Shown: positions 14,154 through 21,599 of the stretch, one piece after another | How the letters are laid out: each line of letters begins with the position of its first letter | Numbering within the stretch: the stretch's first letter is position 1 | Source: Patescibacteria group bacterium | Lineage (GTDB): Bacteria > Patescibacteriota > Patescibacteriia > 2-01-FULL-39-33 | Direction: 5' to 3' | Assembly: GCA_041649575.1 (NCBI GenBank) | Contig: JBAZMW010000002.1 | Location: 1 to 32,000 of the forward strand | Length of the DNA stretch: 32,000 nucleotides | The notes under the pieces: generated by a model | What the model was told of the DNA's origin: nothing | Database searches by the model: none | Seen by the model: the letters and a program-made list of their open reading frames with translations, nothing else | Translations under genes and position numbers: made by a program

Positions 14154-14795
14154 ATGTTGTTTATGCACAAAAAAATCAATCTCTCCTCATCTTTGAGGAA
14201 TGCTTTGATTGTTGTGGTGGCGTTGTTTTTTGTGGCCACGGCGGTTTACGCTACTACCATAATCGGGACTAACATAAGCACTGGCGGGACTTTAACGGTA
14301 AGCGGAGATTCCACTTTAACTTCGGCTACCACCAGCCATACTTTGTATGTCACAAGTTACGCCTCTTCCACCGGCGGCCTTTTCACTCAAGGTAATTTAC
14401 ACGCTGGCGGCACCGCTTCTTTTGACGGTAACTCCACTTTTGGCAAGTCGTCATCAATTGTCAATCTGTTCACCGGTACTCTACAGGCATCCACCACGGC
14501 TTTATTTACCGGGGCGAGTACTTTTTATAACACTATAAACCTCAAAAATACCTCTGGCGGCACTTTTGATTTGACCACCAGCACCGCCACCACCACCAAA
14601 GGTATCTTTTCTCGCGATCATACCAACTCAACTTCAACCGTTAGTATTGGTGATGTTGGCTCTGCGGCTACCAAAGGTTGCTTAGAAATAACTGGTACCG
14701 ACGGAGTATTTTATAGTTGTTTTATTGATAACACTCACGGCACTGCCACCACCAGCGGCTACTACCTGTTGTGTCATCTGGGCCGGTGTATATAA
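14154..14795 (+). CDS. Secreted or membrane-anchored Thr/Gly/Ser-rich repeat protein (beta-helix-like periodicity), function unknown
   Basis: N-terminal hydrophobic anchor ALIVVVALFFVATAVYA. Short repeats of the type G-x-L-x-V-S-G-x-S-T-L follow (GGTLTVSGDSTLTS, GGTASFDGNSTFG, TGTLQASTTALFTGASTF). The C-terminus carries 4 Cys (GCLEI..YSCFI..LLCHLGRCI). The start is ATG 14154 or ATG 14166. Confidence 0.6.
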   Translation: MLFMHKKINLSSSLRNALIVVVALFFVATAVYATTIIGTNISTGGTLTVSGDSTLTSATTSHTLYVTSYASSTGGLFTQGNLHAGGTASFDGNSTFGKSSSIVNLFTGTLQASTTALFTGASTFYNTINLKNTSGGTFDLTTSTATTTKGIFSRDHTNSTSTVSIGDVGSAATKGCLEITGTDGVFYSCFIDNTHGTATTSGYYLLCHLGRCI

Positions 14796-14829
14796 AAGCA
14801 GATTTAATTTAAATTTTTAAGCTTATGCT

Positions 14830-16101
14830 ATGAAAATAAAAGCTAAAAAATTATTTTTTAGAGTTTTAATCTTTAGCGCTTGTTTGCTTTTTACTAGCAC
14901 GGTTGTGTTGGCCGCCACCGATGATTTTACGGCTGATGGCGACATCTCGGTCAGTGGAGTAACTTTTGGTGACACCACGGCTGATATGATCATACTTAGC
15001 GGCTCAAAATCAGAAAGCTGGGAGTTTAACAGCGGTACCTTTACGGTTGCCAATCCCGACTCAGCCTTTAAGATTGGTTCGTCAGACAGTGCCGTCAAGG
15101 GACTTAAGGCGGTAAGAGGCACCAATGAATACTGCGAAAACAACACCACGCCTGGCACTAGCTACTTGACGCTCCCAACCACTGCCGGTACTTATACCAT
15201 CACCCCTTTGTCGGGTACTTGCGTTGGCGGTTCACCGTCATCAGTGCCTGCTCCTAGCGCCGGTTCGGGTTCTGGCGGTACAGGGGAAACCACTTTGGGC
15301 GGCACGTCGAATCTTGGCAATGTCAGCAGTAGCGGCAAAAATGTTTTTATGTATATTAATTCCACTGCCAATTTTACTACCACGGTCAGCGGTTCTGGTT
15401 CTAATAGTCACAGCGTGAAAGTCACCGGGCTCGACTTGACCAATAAGCAGATCACCCTGACGTTTCAATCCGACCCGGTTACAGTGGAATTAAATCTAAA
15501 AGAGACCAAAGAAGTTGATTTAAACGGCGATGGTCTTAGTGATGTTAAGGTGACCTTTAATGATTTAATCATCAATAAGGCGGACTTAACGATCACCAAT
15601 ATTTTATCTACGTCAAAGGCATTTGCGCTGGGCTTGGTGGCCGGTGATTTAATCAAAATTGCCACCAATAGCGCCGTTTATTATATAGATTCTAATGGCA
15701 AACGACATTTATTTGTCAACGCGGCTACTTTTTGGACTTGGTATAGCGGTTCCTGGTCAAAAATAAAATATGGCACGGAAGCCAAAACCATCAAGATTAT
15801 TTCTCAAGCTGATTTCGATCAGGTGCTACTGGGCGCCAATATTACAGCCAAGCCGGCAAATAAGTTAATTAAATTCAGAACCAGCAAGAGAGTTTATGTG
15901 GTTGATGAGGGCGCGATTTTGAGACAAGTGGTGTCGAGTTCCGGCGATGCCAGCGTGGCCAAAAAATTGTATGGCGCTGATTATGCCAAAAACGTGATCC
16001 TTGTTCCCGACGGTTTTGAAAGTGACTATACCCACGGGGAAGTGCTGACCGAAACTTCAACAGCCCCAATCAAAACACTGGAGATAAACAAGTTGTTTTA
16101 A
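14830..16101 (+). CDS. Secreted protein carrying the C-terminal SAVYY-type module shared with the giant surface protein
   Basis: Signal peptide MKIKAKKLFFRVLIFSACLLFTSTVVLA|A. A Gly/Ser linker is present (SAGSGSGGTGE). C-terminal aa ~272-410 align with aa ~49-175 of ORF 3294..7169: GD.IK....SAVYY.D...K.HLF....TF..WY ... LIKF....VY.V. Confidence 0.75.
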   Translation: MKIKAKKLFFRVLIFSACLLFTSTVVLAATDDFTADGDISVSGVTFGDTTADMIILSGSKSESWEFNSGTFTVANPDSAFKIGSSDSAVKGLKAVRGTNEYCENNTTPGTSYLTLPTTAGTYTITPLSGTCVGGSPSSVPAPSAGSGSGGTGETTLGGTSNLGNVSSSGKNVFMYINSTANFTTTVSGSGSNSHSVKVTGLDLTNKQITLTFQSDPVTVELNLKETKEVDLNGDGLSDVKVTFNDLIINKADLTITNILSTSKAFALGLVAGDLIKIATNSAVYYIDSNGKRHLFVNAATFWTWYSGSWSKIKYGTEAKTIKIISQADFDQVLLGANITAKPANKLIKFRTSKRVYVVDEGAILRQVVSSSGDASVAKKLYGADYAKNVILVPDGFESDYTHGEVLTETSTAPIKTLEINKLF

Positions 16102-16120
16102 CGAACTGAAATTATTTAAA

Positions 16121-16149
16121 AATCCTCCCGCTTAAGCGGGAGGATTTTT
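16121..16149. terminator. Bidirectional rho-independent terminator between convergent genes
   Basis: AATCCTCCCGC (16121-16131), loop TTAA, then GCGGGAGGATT (16136-16146). An A-run lies upstream and a T-run downstream, so it can serve both 14830..16101 (+) and 16164..17312 (-). Confidence 0.85.
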
Positions 16150-16163
16150 GTTAATCAGGTTTT

Positions 16164-17312
16164 TTATTTTTTGTATTCGCTTAGAGTTTCCAGAATCATT
16201 TTTTGAAAAGAAAAATCATTTATTACAGCAAGCCTTGCTTGTTCGGCCATTTTTTTTGCCAAAGCGGGGTCAGCGATTACTTGTTTGATTTTTTCTGCTA
16301 ACTTAGCGGAATTACCAGGCTCCGAGAGCAGGCCGGTCTTACCATCTTTTATTATCTCCGGGATACCTCCTATTCTGGTGGCGACAATAGGCAGCCCAGC
16401 GGCCATTGCTTCTAGAATGGAGTAAGGCAACCCTTCCTTTAAAGAAGAGCAAAGGTAAAGATCAAAGGCTTTTAGGTATTGGGCGGCATCACTCTGGCTG
16501 CCAGCTAAAATGAATTTATTTTCCAGCCCGGCTTCTTTGATTAAATTTTCCAATTCCGGCCTTAGTTCGCCATCGCCAATCACCACGGCCACGACAGGTA
16601 TTGGATCGGTGTTTATTATCTTTATCGCTTCAATGAAGTATTTTAAGCCTTTGTTGGCATAAAAATTGGCTATGGTGCCGACTATGATTCCTGTCAGGGG
16701 GAGGCCCAATTTTTTTCTAGCCTCTGGCTGGTCTAAAAATTTTATTTTGTCCAGGTTAATCCCATTAGGGATAACCGCTAATTTGTTTTGGGGAGCAATA
16801 TTTTTTTTCAAAGCGGATTGTTTGTCTAATTGGGAAAGGCAAATGATTTTGTCTTTGAACCGGCTGGTGCTTTTTTCTAAGACGAGGTAGGCTAGTTTTA
16901 TCAGAGGATTTAGCGATTCGTTGAATACCCAGCCATGGCAAGTGAAAATAACCCTGGCTTTATGTTTAGCCAGTTTAGCGGCCAGCGAACCAACCACACC
17001 GGCTTTACTGCTGTTTAGATGTATTATATCTGGCTTTTCTTTCTCTATTGTCTTTTTTATTTCCCAAACAGCCAGCAAATCTTTTAGAGGATTAATCTCT
17101 CGGACCAGATTTTTGAAAGTTATTGATTTCAGCCCTTGGTTTTTTGCCCTTTCCGCCAGTTCGCCCTTGTTTTTAGCGCCGCCGCTAATTATTATTTCTA
17201 GGTTGGGCTCATCTTTTAGCCCGCTTATCAGATCATAAACATACTTTTGCGCACCGCCCCAAGAGAGTAAAGTGATTATATATAAAACCTTCGTTTTTTC
17301 AGAGTTGTTCAT
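16164..17312 (-). CDS. Glycosyltransferase family 4 (GT-B fold)
   Basis: The N-terminus WGGAQKYVYDL matches the GT4 donor/acceptor domain. The C-terminus shows the E-x7-E region SLKEGLPYSILEAMAAGLPIVATRIGGIPEII. Confidence 0.85.
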   Translation of the reverse strand: MNNSEKTKVLYIITLLSWGGAQKYVYDLISGLKDEPNLEIIISGGAKNKGELAERAKNQGLKSITFKNLVREINPLKDLLAVWEIKKTIEKEKPDIIHLNSSKAGVVGSLAAKLAKHKARVIFTCHGWVFNESLNPLIKLAYLVLEKSTSRFKDKIICLSQLDKQSALKKNIAPQNKLAVIPNGINLDKIKFLDQPEARKKLGLPLTGIIVGTIANFYANKGLKYFIEAIKIINTDPIPVVAVVIGDGELRPELENLIKEAGLENKFILAGSQSDAAQYLKAFDLYLCSSLKEGLPYSILEAMAAGLPIVATRIGGIPEIIKDGKTGLLSEPGNSAKLAEKIKQVIADPALAKKMAEQARLAVINDFSFQKMILETLSEYKK

Positions 17313-17342
17313 AAATTGACTTTTTAGCTAAAATATATAATA

Positions 17343-17371
17343 ATATTAAGGTATATTCATTTATTAATCAA
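17343..17371 (-). promoter_or_regulatory. Candidate sigma70-like promoter for the minus-strand GT4 (TTGATT-17-TAATAT)
   Basis: The minus strand reads TTGATT (plus 17366-17371), a 17-nt spacer, then TAATAT (plus 17343-17348). The background is AT-rich, so a chance match is plausible. Confidence 0.3.
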
Positions 17372-17384
17372 GAGTGATTAAATT

Positions 17385-18239
17385 ATGGAAAATAAAAAAA
17401 TTGGTTTTATCGGCCAGGGCTGGATTGGCAAAAATTACGCCGATGATTTGGAAGCAAGAGGCTATGAGGTAGTCAGATATTCTCTGGAGGAGCCTTTTGT
17501 AAACAACAAGGAAAAAATAAAAGATTGTAATATTGTTTTTATCGCCGTACCCACACCAACGACCTCAGCCGGCTTCGACGATGCTATCGTCAGAAGCGCT
17601 GTCAAATTGGTCGGTAGCGGCCAGTCGGCGGTTATCAAGTCTACTATTTTACCAGGTACCACCCAATCGATTCAGGCAGAGAATCCCGGCATCTTCGTTT
17701 TTCATTCGCCGGAATTCCTCTCGGTCTCCACGGCCTATGAAGATTCACATCATCCACAGAGAAACATTGTCGGCATACCGGTGGATAACGAAGAATATCG
17801 TAACCGCGCTCGAGAAATTTTGTCAGTTCTGCCCACCGCCGATTTTTCCTTAATTACTGATGCCAGGGAGGCGGAGCTTTTTAAATATCTACGTAATTGT
17901 TTTTTTTATACCAAAGTCATCTATATGAATTTGCTGTACGATCTGGCGAAAAACCTCGGCTGTCGTTGGGAGACGCTTAGAGAAATTATGGCCAATGATC
18001 CCTGGATTGGCAGCATGCACATAGACCCGGTACATAAATCTGGCCGTGGCGCCGGCGGCGAATGTTTCATTAAAGATTTTGCCGCTTTCAGGAAATTTTA
18101 TCAGGCAAAGGTCTCCGATAGCGTGGCCGATGAAATTTTCAAGAGTCTGGAAGACAAAAACCGTGAACTACTTATAAAAAGCAATAAGGATTTGAATTTG
18201 CTAAAAGGGGTCTACGGCGAAGAGACAACAAAAAAATAA
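17385..18239 (+). CDS. UDP-glucose/GDP-mannose dehydrogenase-family protein lacking the C-terminal UDP-binding domain
   Basis: Motif-for-motif correspondence with Ugd-type enzymes, recalled from memory. The shared motifs are: GFIGQGWIGKN (Rossmann), IVFIAVPTPT, VIKSTILPGTT, HSPEFLSVSTAYEDSHHPQRNIVG, TDAREAELFKYLRNCFFYTKVIYMNLLYDLA, and RGAGGECFIKD (catalytic Cys loop). At 284 aa the protein ends where the third domain should begin. Confidence 0.8.
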   Translation: MENKKIGFIGQGWIGKNYADDLEARGYEVVRYSLEEPFVNNKEKIKDCNIVFIAVPTPTTSAGFDDAIVRSAVKLVGSGQSAVIKSTILPGTTQSIQAENPGIFVFHSPEFLSVSTAYEDSHHPQRNIVGIPVDNEEYRNRAREILSVLPTADFSLITDAREAELFKYLRNCFFYTKVIYMNLLYDLAKNLGCRWETLREIMANDPWIGSMHIDPVHKSGRGAGGECFIKDFAAFRKFYQAKVSDSVADEIFKSLEDKNRELLIKSNKDLNLLKGVYGEETTKK

Positions 18240-18260
18240 ATTTTTTTATAAAAATAATAA

Positions 18261-18295
18261 CGCGTCGTCCCCGCTTGAGTCAGGGGGACGACGCG
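18261..18295 (-). terminator. GC-rich hairpin terminator of the minus-strand cassette gene
   Basis: CGCGTCGTCCCC (18261-18272) pairs with GGGGACGACGCG (18284-18295). On the minus strand it is followed by TTATTATTTTTATAAAAAAA. On the plus strand no T-run follows. Confidence 0.75.
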
Positions 18296-18314
18296 GTCTG
18301 TACTTGGTGCGTGT

Positions 18315-18827
18315 CTAGACGTACTGCAGCAGATCGAAGAACGGTCTCTGGTGTTCCATAAACGGCTTCGGAAGCTGGTCGACCCTAAACCATTTTCCCT
18401 CTGTTCTTCTTAGAGCTTCTTCCTCCGCCGTCGTATCGACTACCACGTAGAAGACACAGTGCATTTCGCCACCGTAGATGTGCTTCGAATAGACAACGCC
18501 GAGTAATTCCGCATCTTCCGCCAGGTCCGGACACCCGATTCCTCTAGCTATCCGCCACAGGGTGTCTTTCACTAAATTATCCGATAGCTGCGCTATCTCG
18601 CCGGCGACATGCCATCGGGAAGCAAAGCGAAGGGCGTCTGACGGGTTCTGCACCAGAAAGACCTCCCTGACTTTTTGCCGCTGCCTTATCACCAGCAACT
18701 CTACGGCTGGCAGGCGCAGGAGCCGCGCTAAAGCGCGCAGCAGTTCCGGAGACAGAGTGCCCCAAACCCTCGCTAGCAGCCTTAAAACTACATCCTCTTT
18801 TTCTGAGCTCAATCCTTCCGTGGCCAT
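18315..18827 (-). CDS. Hypothetical 170-aa protein, possible Nudix-fold with a degenerate Nudix box, in a GC-rich cassette
   Basis: The ORF track extends to 18986. However, ATG 18827 is preceded by GGAGG 9 nt upstream, and a consensus promoter lies inside the longer ORF. The pattern VELLVIRQR..EVFLVQNP...RWHVAGEIAQLSDNLVKDTLWRIARGIG...LLGVVYS...HCVFYVVV...GKWFRVDQLP resembles a Nudix fold. The box Glu/Arg positions read S, L, W, A, R. Confidence 0.6.
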   Translation of the reverse strand: MATEGLSSEKEDVVLRLLARVWGTLSPELLRALARLLRLPAVELLVIRQRQKVREVFLVQNPSDALRFASRWHVAGEIAQLSDNLVKDTLWRIARGIGCPDLAEDAELLGVVYSKHIYGGEMHCVFYVVVDTTAEEEALRRTEGKWFRVDQLPKPFMEHQRPFFDLLQYV

Positions 18828-18900
18828 CTGTAAACGCCTCCTTTTCCACTTTCTTATGTACAGGACTAAGACCTGCCACATCAGTAGCAGATTATTTATT

Positions 18901-18929
18901 ATAATATGACTTTCCGACGTTCCTGTCAA
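18901..18929 (-). promoter_or_regulatory. Consensus sigma70 promoter of the cassette gene (TTGACA-17-TATTAT on the minus strand)
   Basis: The minus strand reads TTGACA (plus 18924-18929), an exact 17-nt spacer, then TATTAT (plus 18901-18906). Confidence 0.6.
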
Positions 18930-18940
18930 TGACCAGGAAC
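18919..18940. promoter_or_regulatory. Perfect 7-bp-arm inverted repeat overlapping the cassette -35 (GTTCCTG-N8-CAGGAAC)
   Basis: GTTCCTG at 18919-18925 and CAGGAAC at 18934-18940. The 8-nt spacer contains most of the -35 hexamer. Confidence 0.45.
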
Positions 18941-18942
18941 TT

Positions 18943-18971
18943 TTGACTTTTTTGCTGAAATATACGATAAT
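18943..18971 (+). promoter_or_regulatory. Sigma70-like promoter for the long plus-strand glycan operon (TTGACT-17-GATAAT)
   Basis: TTGACT at 18943-18948, a 17-nt spacer, then GATAAT at 18966-18971. It lies about 57 nt upstream of ATG 19028 and back-to-back with the cassette promoter. Confidence 0.45.
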
Positions 18972-19027
18972 AATAGGGATAATCATTGGTTTAGGTAGAT
19001 AAAGAATGCCAAGGTAATTTTTTTAAT

Positions 19028-20170
19028 ATGAGCAAAATTCTCATTTTTTCCCTGGCCTATCATCCTTTTGTCGGCGGGGCTGAAGTGGCTATCAAGGAAA
19101 TCACCGAGCGGCTGGCTGGCGAGTTTGAATTTGAAATGATCACTGCCAATTTGGACGGTCGGCAAAAAGAATTTGAAGAGAATTTTAACGGCCTTAGCAA
19201 GATTTATCGTCTTGGCAAAAGAAAATCAGATAAATATTTTTTTCCTTGGTTGGCCTGCCGCAAAGCCGTTGAGCTGCACCGGCAGAGTAATTATCAGATG
19301 ATTTGGGCGATGATGGCCAACCAGGCCGGCTGGGCCGCTCTGAAATTCAAGAAGAAATTCCCACAAGTTCCATATTTGCTCACTTTGCAGGAAGGGGATA
19401 GCGAATGGGATATCTGGCGGCGGACATTTTTGATTCGGCCTATTTACAAAGCGATCTACAAAAAAGCTGATTATATTCAGGCTATTAGTAATTTTCTAGC
19501 CCAGCGGGCGAAGAATTTGGGAGCTAAGTGTCCGATAGAAGTGGTGCCGAATGGAATAAGTAACGTCATTGCGAGCGAAGCGAAGCAATCCCATATTTTT
19601 AAAAATAAAGATTTAAAGAGAGTTATAACAGTTTCCAGGTTGGTTAAAAAAAATGGCCTGGAGGATTTAGTAAAAGCCATGGAATTAGTTAATAAAGATT
19701 ATGACAAGCCAGTCGTTCTAAAAATAATTGGCGATGGAGAATTAAAATACAAATTAGAAAAAGCAGTTAATTATTCAAAAATAAAAGACAAAATTGCATT
19801 CTTGGGAAAAATAAATAATGAAAAAGTTTATGAATATTTGGCTCAAGCCGATATTTTTGTTCGGCCGTCATTGTCTGAAGGGTTGGGTAACGCTTTTTTA
19901 GAGGCTATGGCTTGTGGCGTGCCGGTCATTGCCACTCCGGTTGGCGGTATTCCCGATTTTTTGAAAGACGGCGAAACTGGCTGGTTTTGCGAGGTAAGAA
20001 ACCCCAAAAGCATTGCCGAAAAAATAAAGTATATTTTTGATGAGGAAAATAAGGAAGAAGTTGACAGGGTGGTCAAAAGTGCCAAAAAGATGGTAGAAGA
20101 AAATTATAATTGGGAAAAAATCAGTTTGGACCTGAAAAAAATTTTTAACCATTTAATAAACCAAGAATGA
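19028..20170 (+). CDS. Glycosyltransferase family 4 (GT-B fold)
   Basis: The N-terminus is SLAYHPFVGGAEVAIKEI. The C-terminus is PSLSEGLGNAFLEAMACGVPVIATPVGGIPDFLKDGETG (E-x7-E region). Confidence 0.85.
   Translation: MSKILIFSLAYHPFVGGAEVAIKEITERLAGEFEFEMITANLDGRQKEFEENFNGLSKIYRLGKRKSDKYFFPWLACRKAVELHRQSNYQMIWAMMANQAGWAALKFKKKFPQVPYLLTLQEGDSEWDIWRRTFLIRPIYKAIYKKADYIQAISNFLAQRAKNLGAKCPIEVVPNGISNVIASEAKQSHIFKNKDLKRVITVSRLVKKNGLEDLVKAMELVNKDYDKPVVLKIIGDGELKYKLEKAVNYSKIKDKIAFLGKINNEKVYEYLAQADIFVRPSLSEGLGNAFLEAMACGVPVIATPVGGIPDFLKDGETGWFCEVRNPKSIAEKIKYIFDEENKEEVDRVVKSAKKMVEENYNWEKISLDLKKIFNHLINQE
19565..19592. repeat. Short palindromic/tandem element GTCATTGCGAGCGAAGCGAAGCAATCCC embedded in-frame (encodes VIASEAKQS)
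   Basis: ATTGC (19568-19572) and GCAAT (19585-19589) are inverted arms around a tandem CGAAG-CGAAG. The element lies in the inter-domain linker of the GT4. I recognise the SEAKQS-type peptide as a recurrent metagenomic repeat-derived sequence, from memory and unverified. Confidence 0.4.
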
Positions 20171-21579
20171 GAAAAGAAGTTTTGCTAATTTGTCCTCATT
20201 CCGCGCTGGAAATTTTTAAGGAATCGAAAATTAGCATCGTTATTCCCCATATCCCGTATGTATCACTGGCCAGTTTGGCTGGCGCTCTCTTGGCTGGCGG
20301 GCACGGCGTTCATATCTTGGATTTAAGTATTTCTAAAAACCCCCTGGTTGATTTGGAACAAAAACTAAAAGTTTATCAGCCGGATTTTGTGGGCGTCACT
20401 TTTACCACCGGTTTGTGCAGCGAGGCGGCCGCTATCGCCAAGAAAGTCAGGGAGCTTTGCGGCCTGGCAAAGTTGATTGCCGGCGGCGCGCACCCGTCGG
20501 TTTTTCCGGCCGAGCCGATTGAAAAATACGGTTTTGATTTTTCGGTTTTTGGCGAAGGCGAGCTTACTTTGTCGGAATTGGTTTCCGGCCGCGATGTTTC
20601 TGCCATAGACGGTCTGGCTTATCGCGGGGCCGACGGCCAGGTTGTCATTAATTCTCCCCGCGCTCTCATTGGCGATTTGGACGATCTGCCCCCTCCGGCC
20701 TATCAGCTTTACAACGCCAAAAATTATCACAGCCCGAAAGTCGCTTCACGCCGGAGCCCGGTGGCCGCCATTGAGACCAGCCGTGGCTGTCCCTACAGCT
20801 GTATTTATTGCAACAAACACATTTTTCAGACAAAATTTCGTGCCAAGTCGCCCCGACGAGTGGTTGACGAGATGGAAATCCTCTTAAACCTTGGCTACAA
20901 GGAAATTCACGTTTGGGACGATTGCTTTTCCGCTGATTTAAATCACGCTAAAGGCGTTTGCGACGAGATTGTCAGGCGCGGCGTCAAAGTCAACTGGAAT
21001 GTCTATAATGGCATCAGGGTTGACCGCGTGGATGAGGAGTTGCTTTGCAAACTTATGGCCGCGGGCTGCTACCGTCTAAGTTTTGGCATTGAATCGGGCG
21101 ACCAGGCGGTTTTGAACTTGTCTCAGAAGGGAATCACTTTAGAACAAATCAAAAACGCTGTTCGTTTGGCCAACCAAGTCGGCATAGAAACCCTTGGATT
21201 TTTTATGGTCGGTTTGCCCGGCGAAACAAAGGAGACCTTTGAAAAGACCGTTGCCTTGGCCAAAGAATTAGATTTGGATTTGCCCAAAATCGCCATTGCC
21301 ACGCCACTGCCTGGTACTAAATTTTTCGATGATTGGCGGGAAAAGGGTTTGATTAAGTCCTATAATTGGCCCGATTACGTATTGCATACCAAAAAAAGAG
21401 TAGCCAGTCATCCCAATATCGGCGATGAAGAAATGTTTAAATATTATAATTTATTTTACCGGCAGCTGTATTTACGCCCGAGTTTTATTGCGAAAAGATT
21501 TTGGCGAGGACTAAGAACCGGAGAGATATTTTTTGATATCTATTATTTTTTGAAGGTTTTTATTGGCTTTAAATGGTAA
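20167..21579 (+). CDS. B12-binding-domain radical SAM enzyme (class B rSAM)
   Basis: The N-terminal Rossmann-like B12 domain shows LLICP...ASLAGALLAGGHGVHILD...VGVTFTT...IAGGAHPS. The rSAM cluster motif is SRGCPYSCIYCN (CxxxCxxC). Its start overlaps the upstream GT4 stop by 4 bp (ATGA). Confidence 0.85.
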   Translation: MRKEVLLICPHSALEIFKESKISIVIPHIPYVSLASLAGALLAGGHGVHILDLSISKNPLVDLEQKLKVYQPDFVGVTFTTGLCSEAAAIAKKVRELCGLAKLIAGGAHPSVFPAEPIEKYGFDFSVFGEGELTLSELVSGRDVSAIDGLAYRGADGQVVINSPRALIGDLDDLPPPAYQLYNAKNYHSPKVASRRSPVAAIETSRGCPYSCIYCNKHIFQTKFRAKSPRRVVDEMEILLNLGYKEIHVWDDCFSADLNHAKGVCDEIVRRGVKVNWNVYNGIRVDRVDEELLCKLMAAGCYRLSFGIESGDQAVLNLSQKGITLEQIKNAVRLANQVGIETLGFFMVGLPGETKETFEKTVALAKELDLDLPKIAIATPLPGTKFFDDWREKGLIKSYNWPDYVLHTKKRVASHPNIGDEEMFKYYNLFYRQLYLRPSFIAKRFWRGLRTGEIFFDIYYFLKVFIGFKW

Positions 21580-21599
21580 AAGTATAAATTCATTCTACC

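Noticed and set aside
18562-18909. Plus-strand 115-aa ORF and minus-strand 100-aa alternative-frame ORF (18577..18879) inside the cassette
   Set aside because: These are shadow ORFs, typical of GC-rich coding sequence. Their products are Arg/Ser/Ala-rich and low-complexity, and they have no start-site signals.
18241-18975. Short AT-rich similarities flanking the GC-rich cassette (AATAATAA near 18253-18260 versus GATAATAATA near 18966-18975) as target-site duplications
   Set aside because: These are 7-8 bp matches in nearly pure A/T sequence, expected by chance. No inverted terminal repeats or recombinase accompany the cassette.
18828-18986. N-terminal 53-codon extension of the cassette ORF (track start 18986)
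   Set aside because: The extension is AT-rich, unlike the rest of the gene, and encodes an implausible I/K-rich peptide. It also contains the TTGACA-17-TATTAT promoter and the GGAGG RBS that serve ATG 18827.
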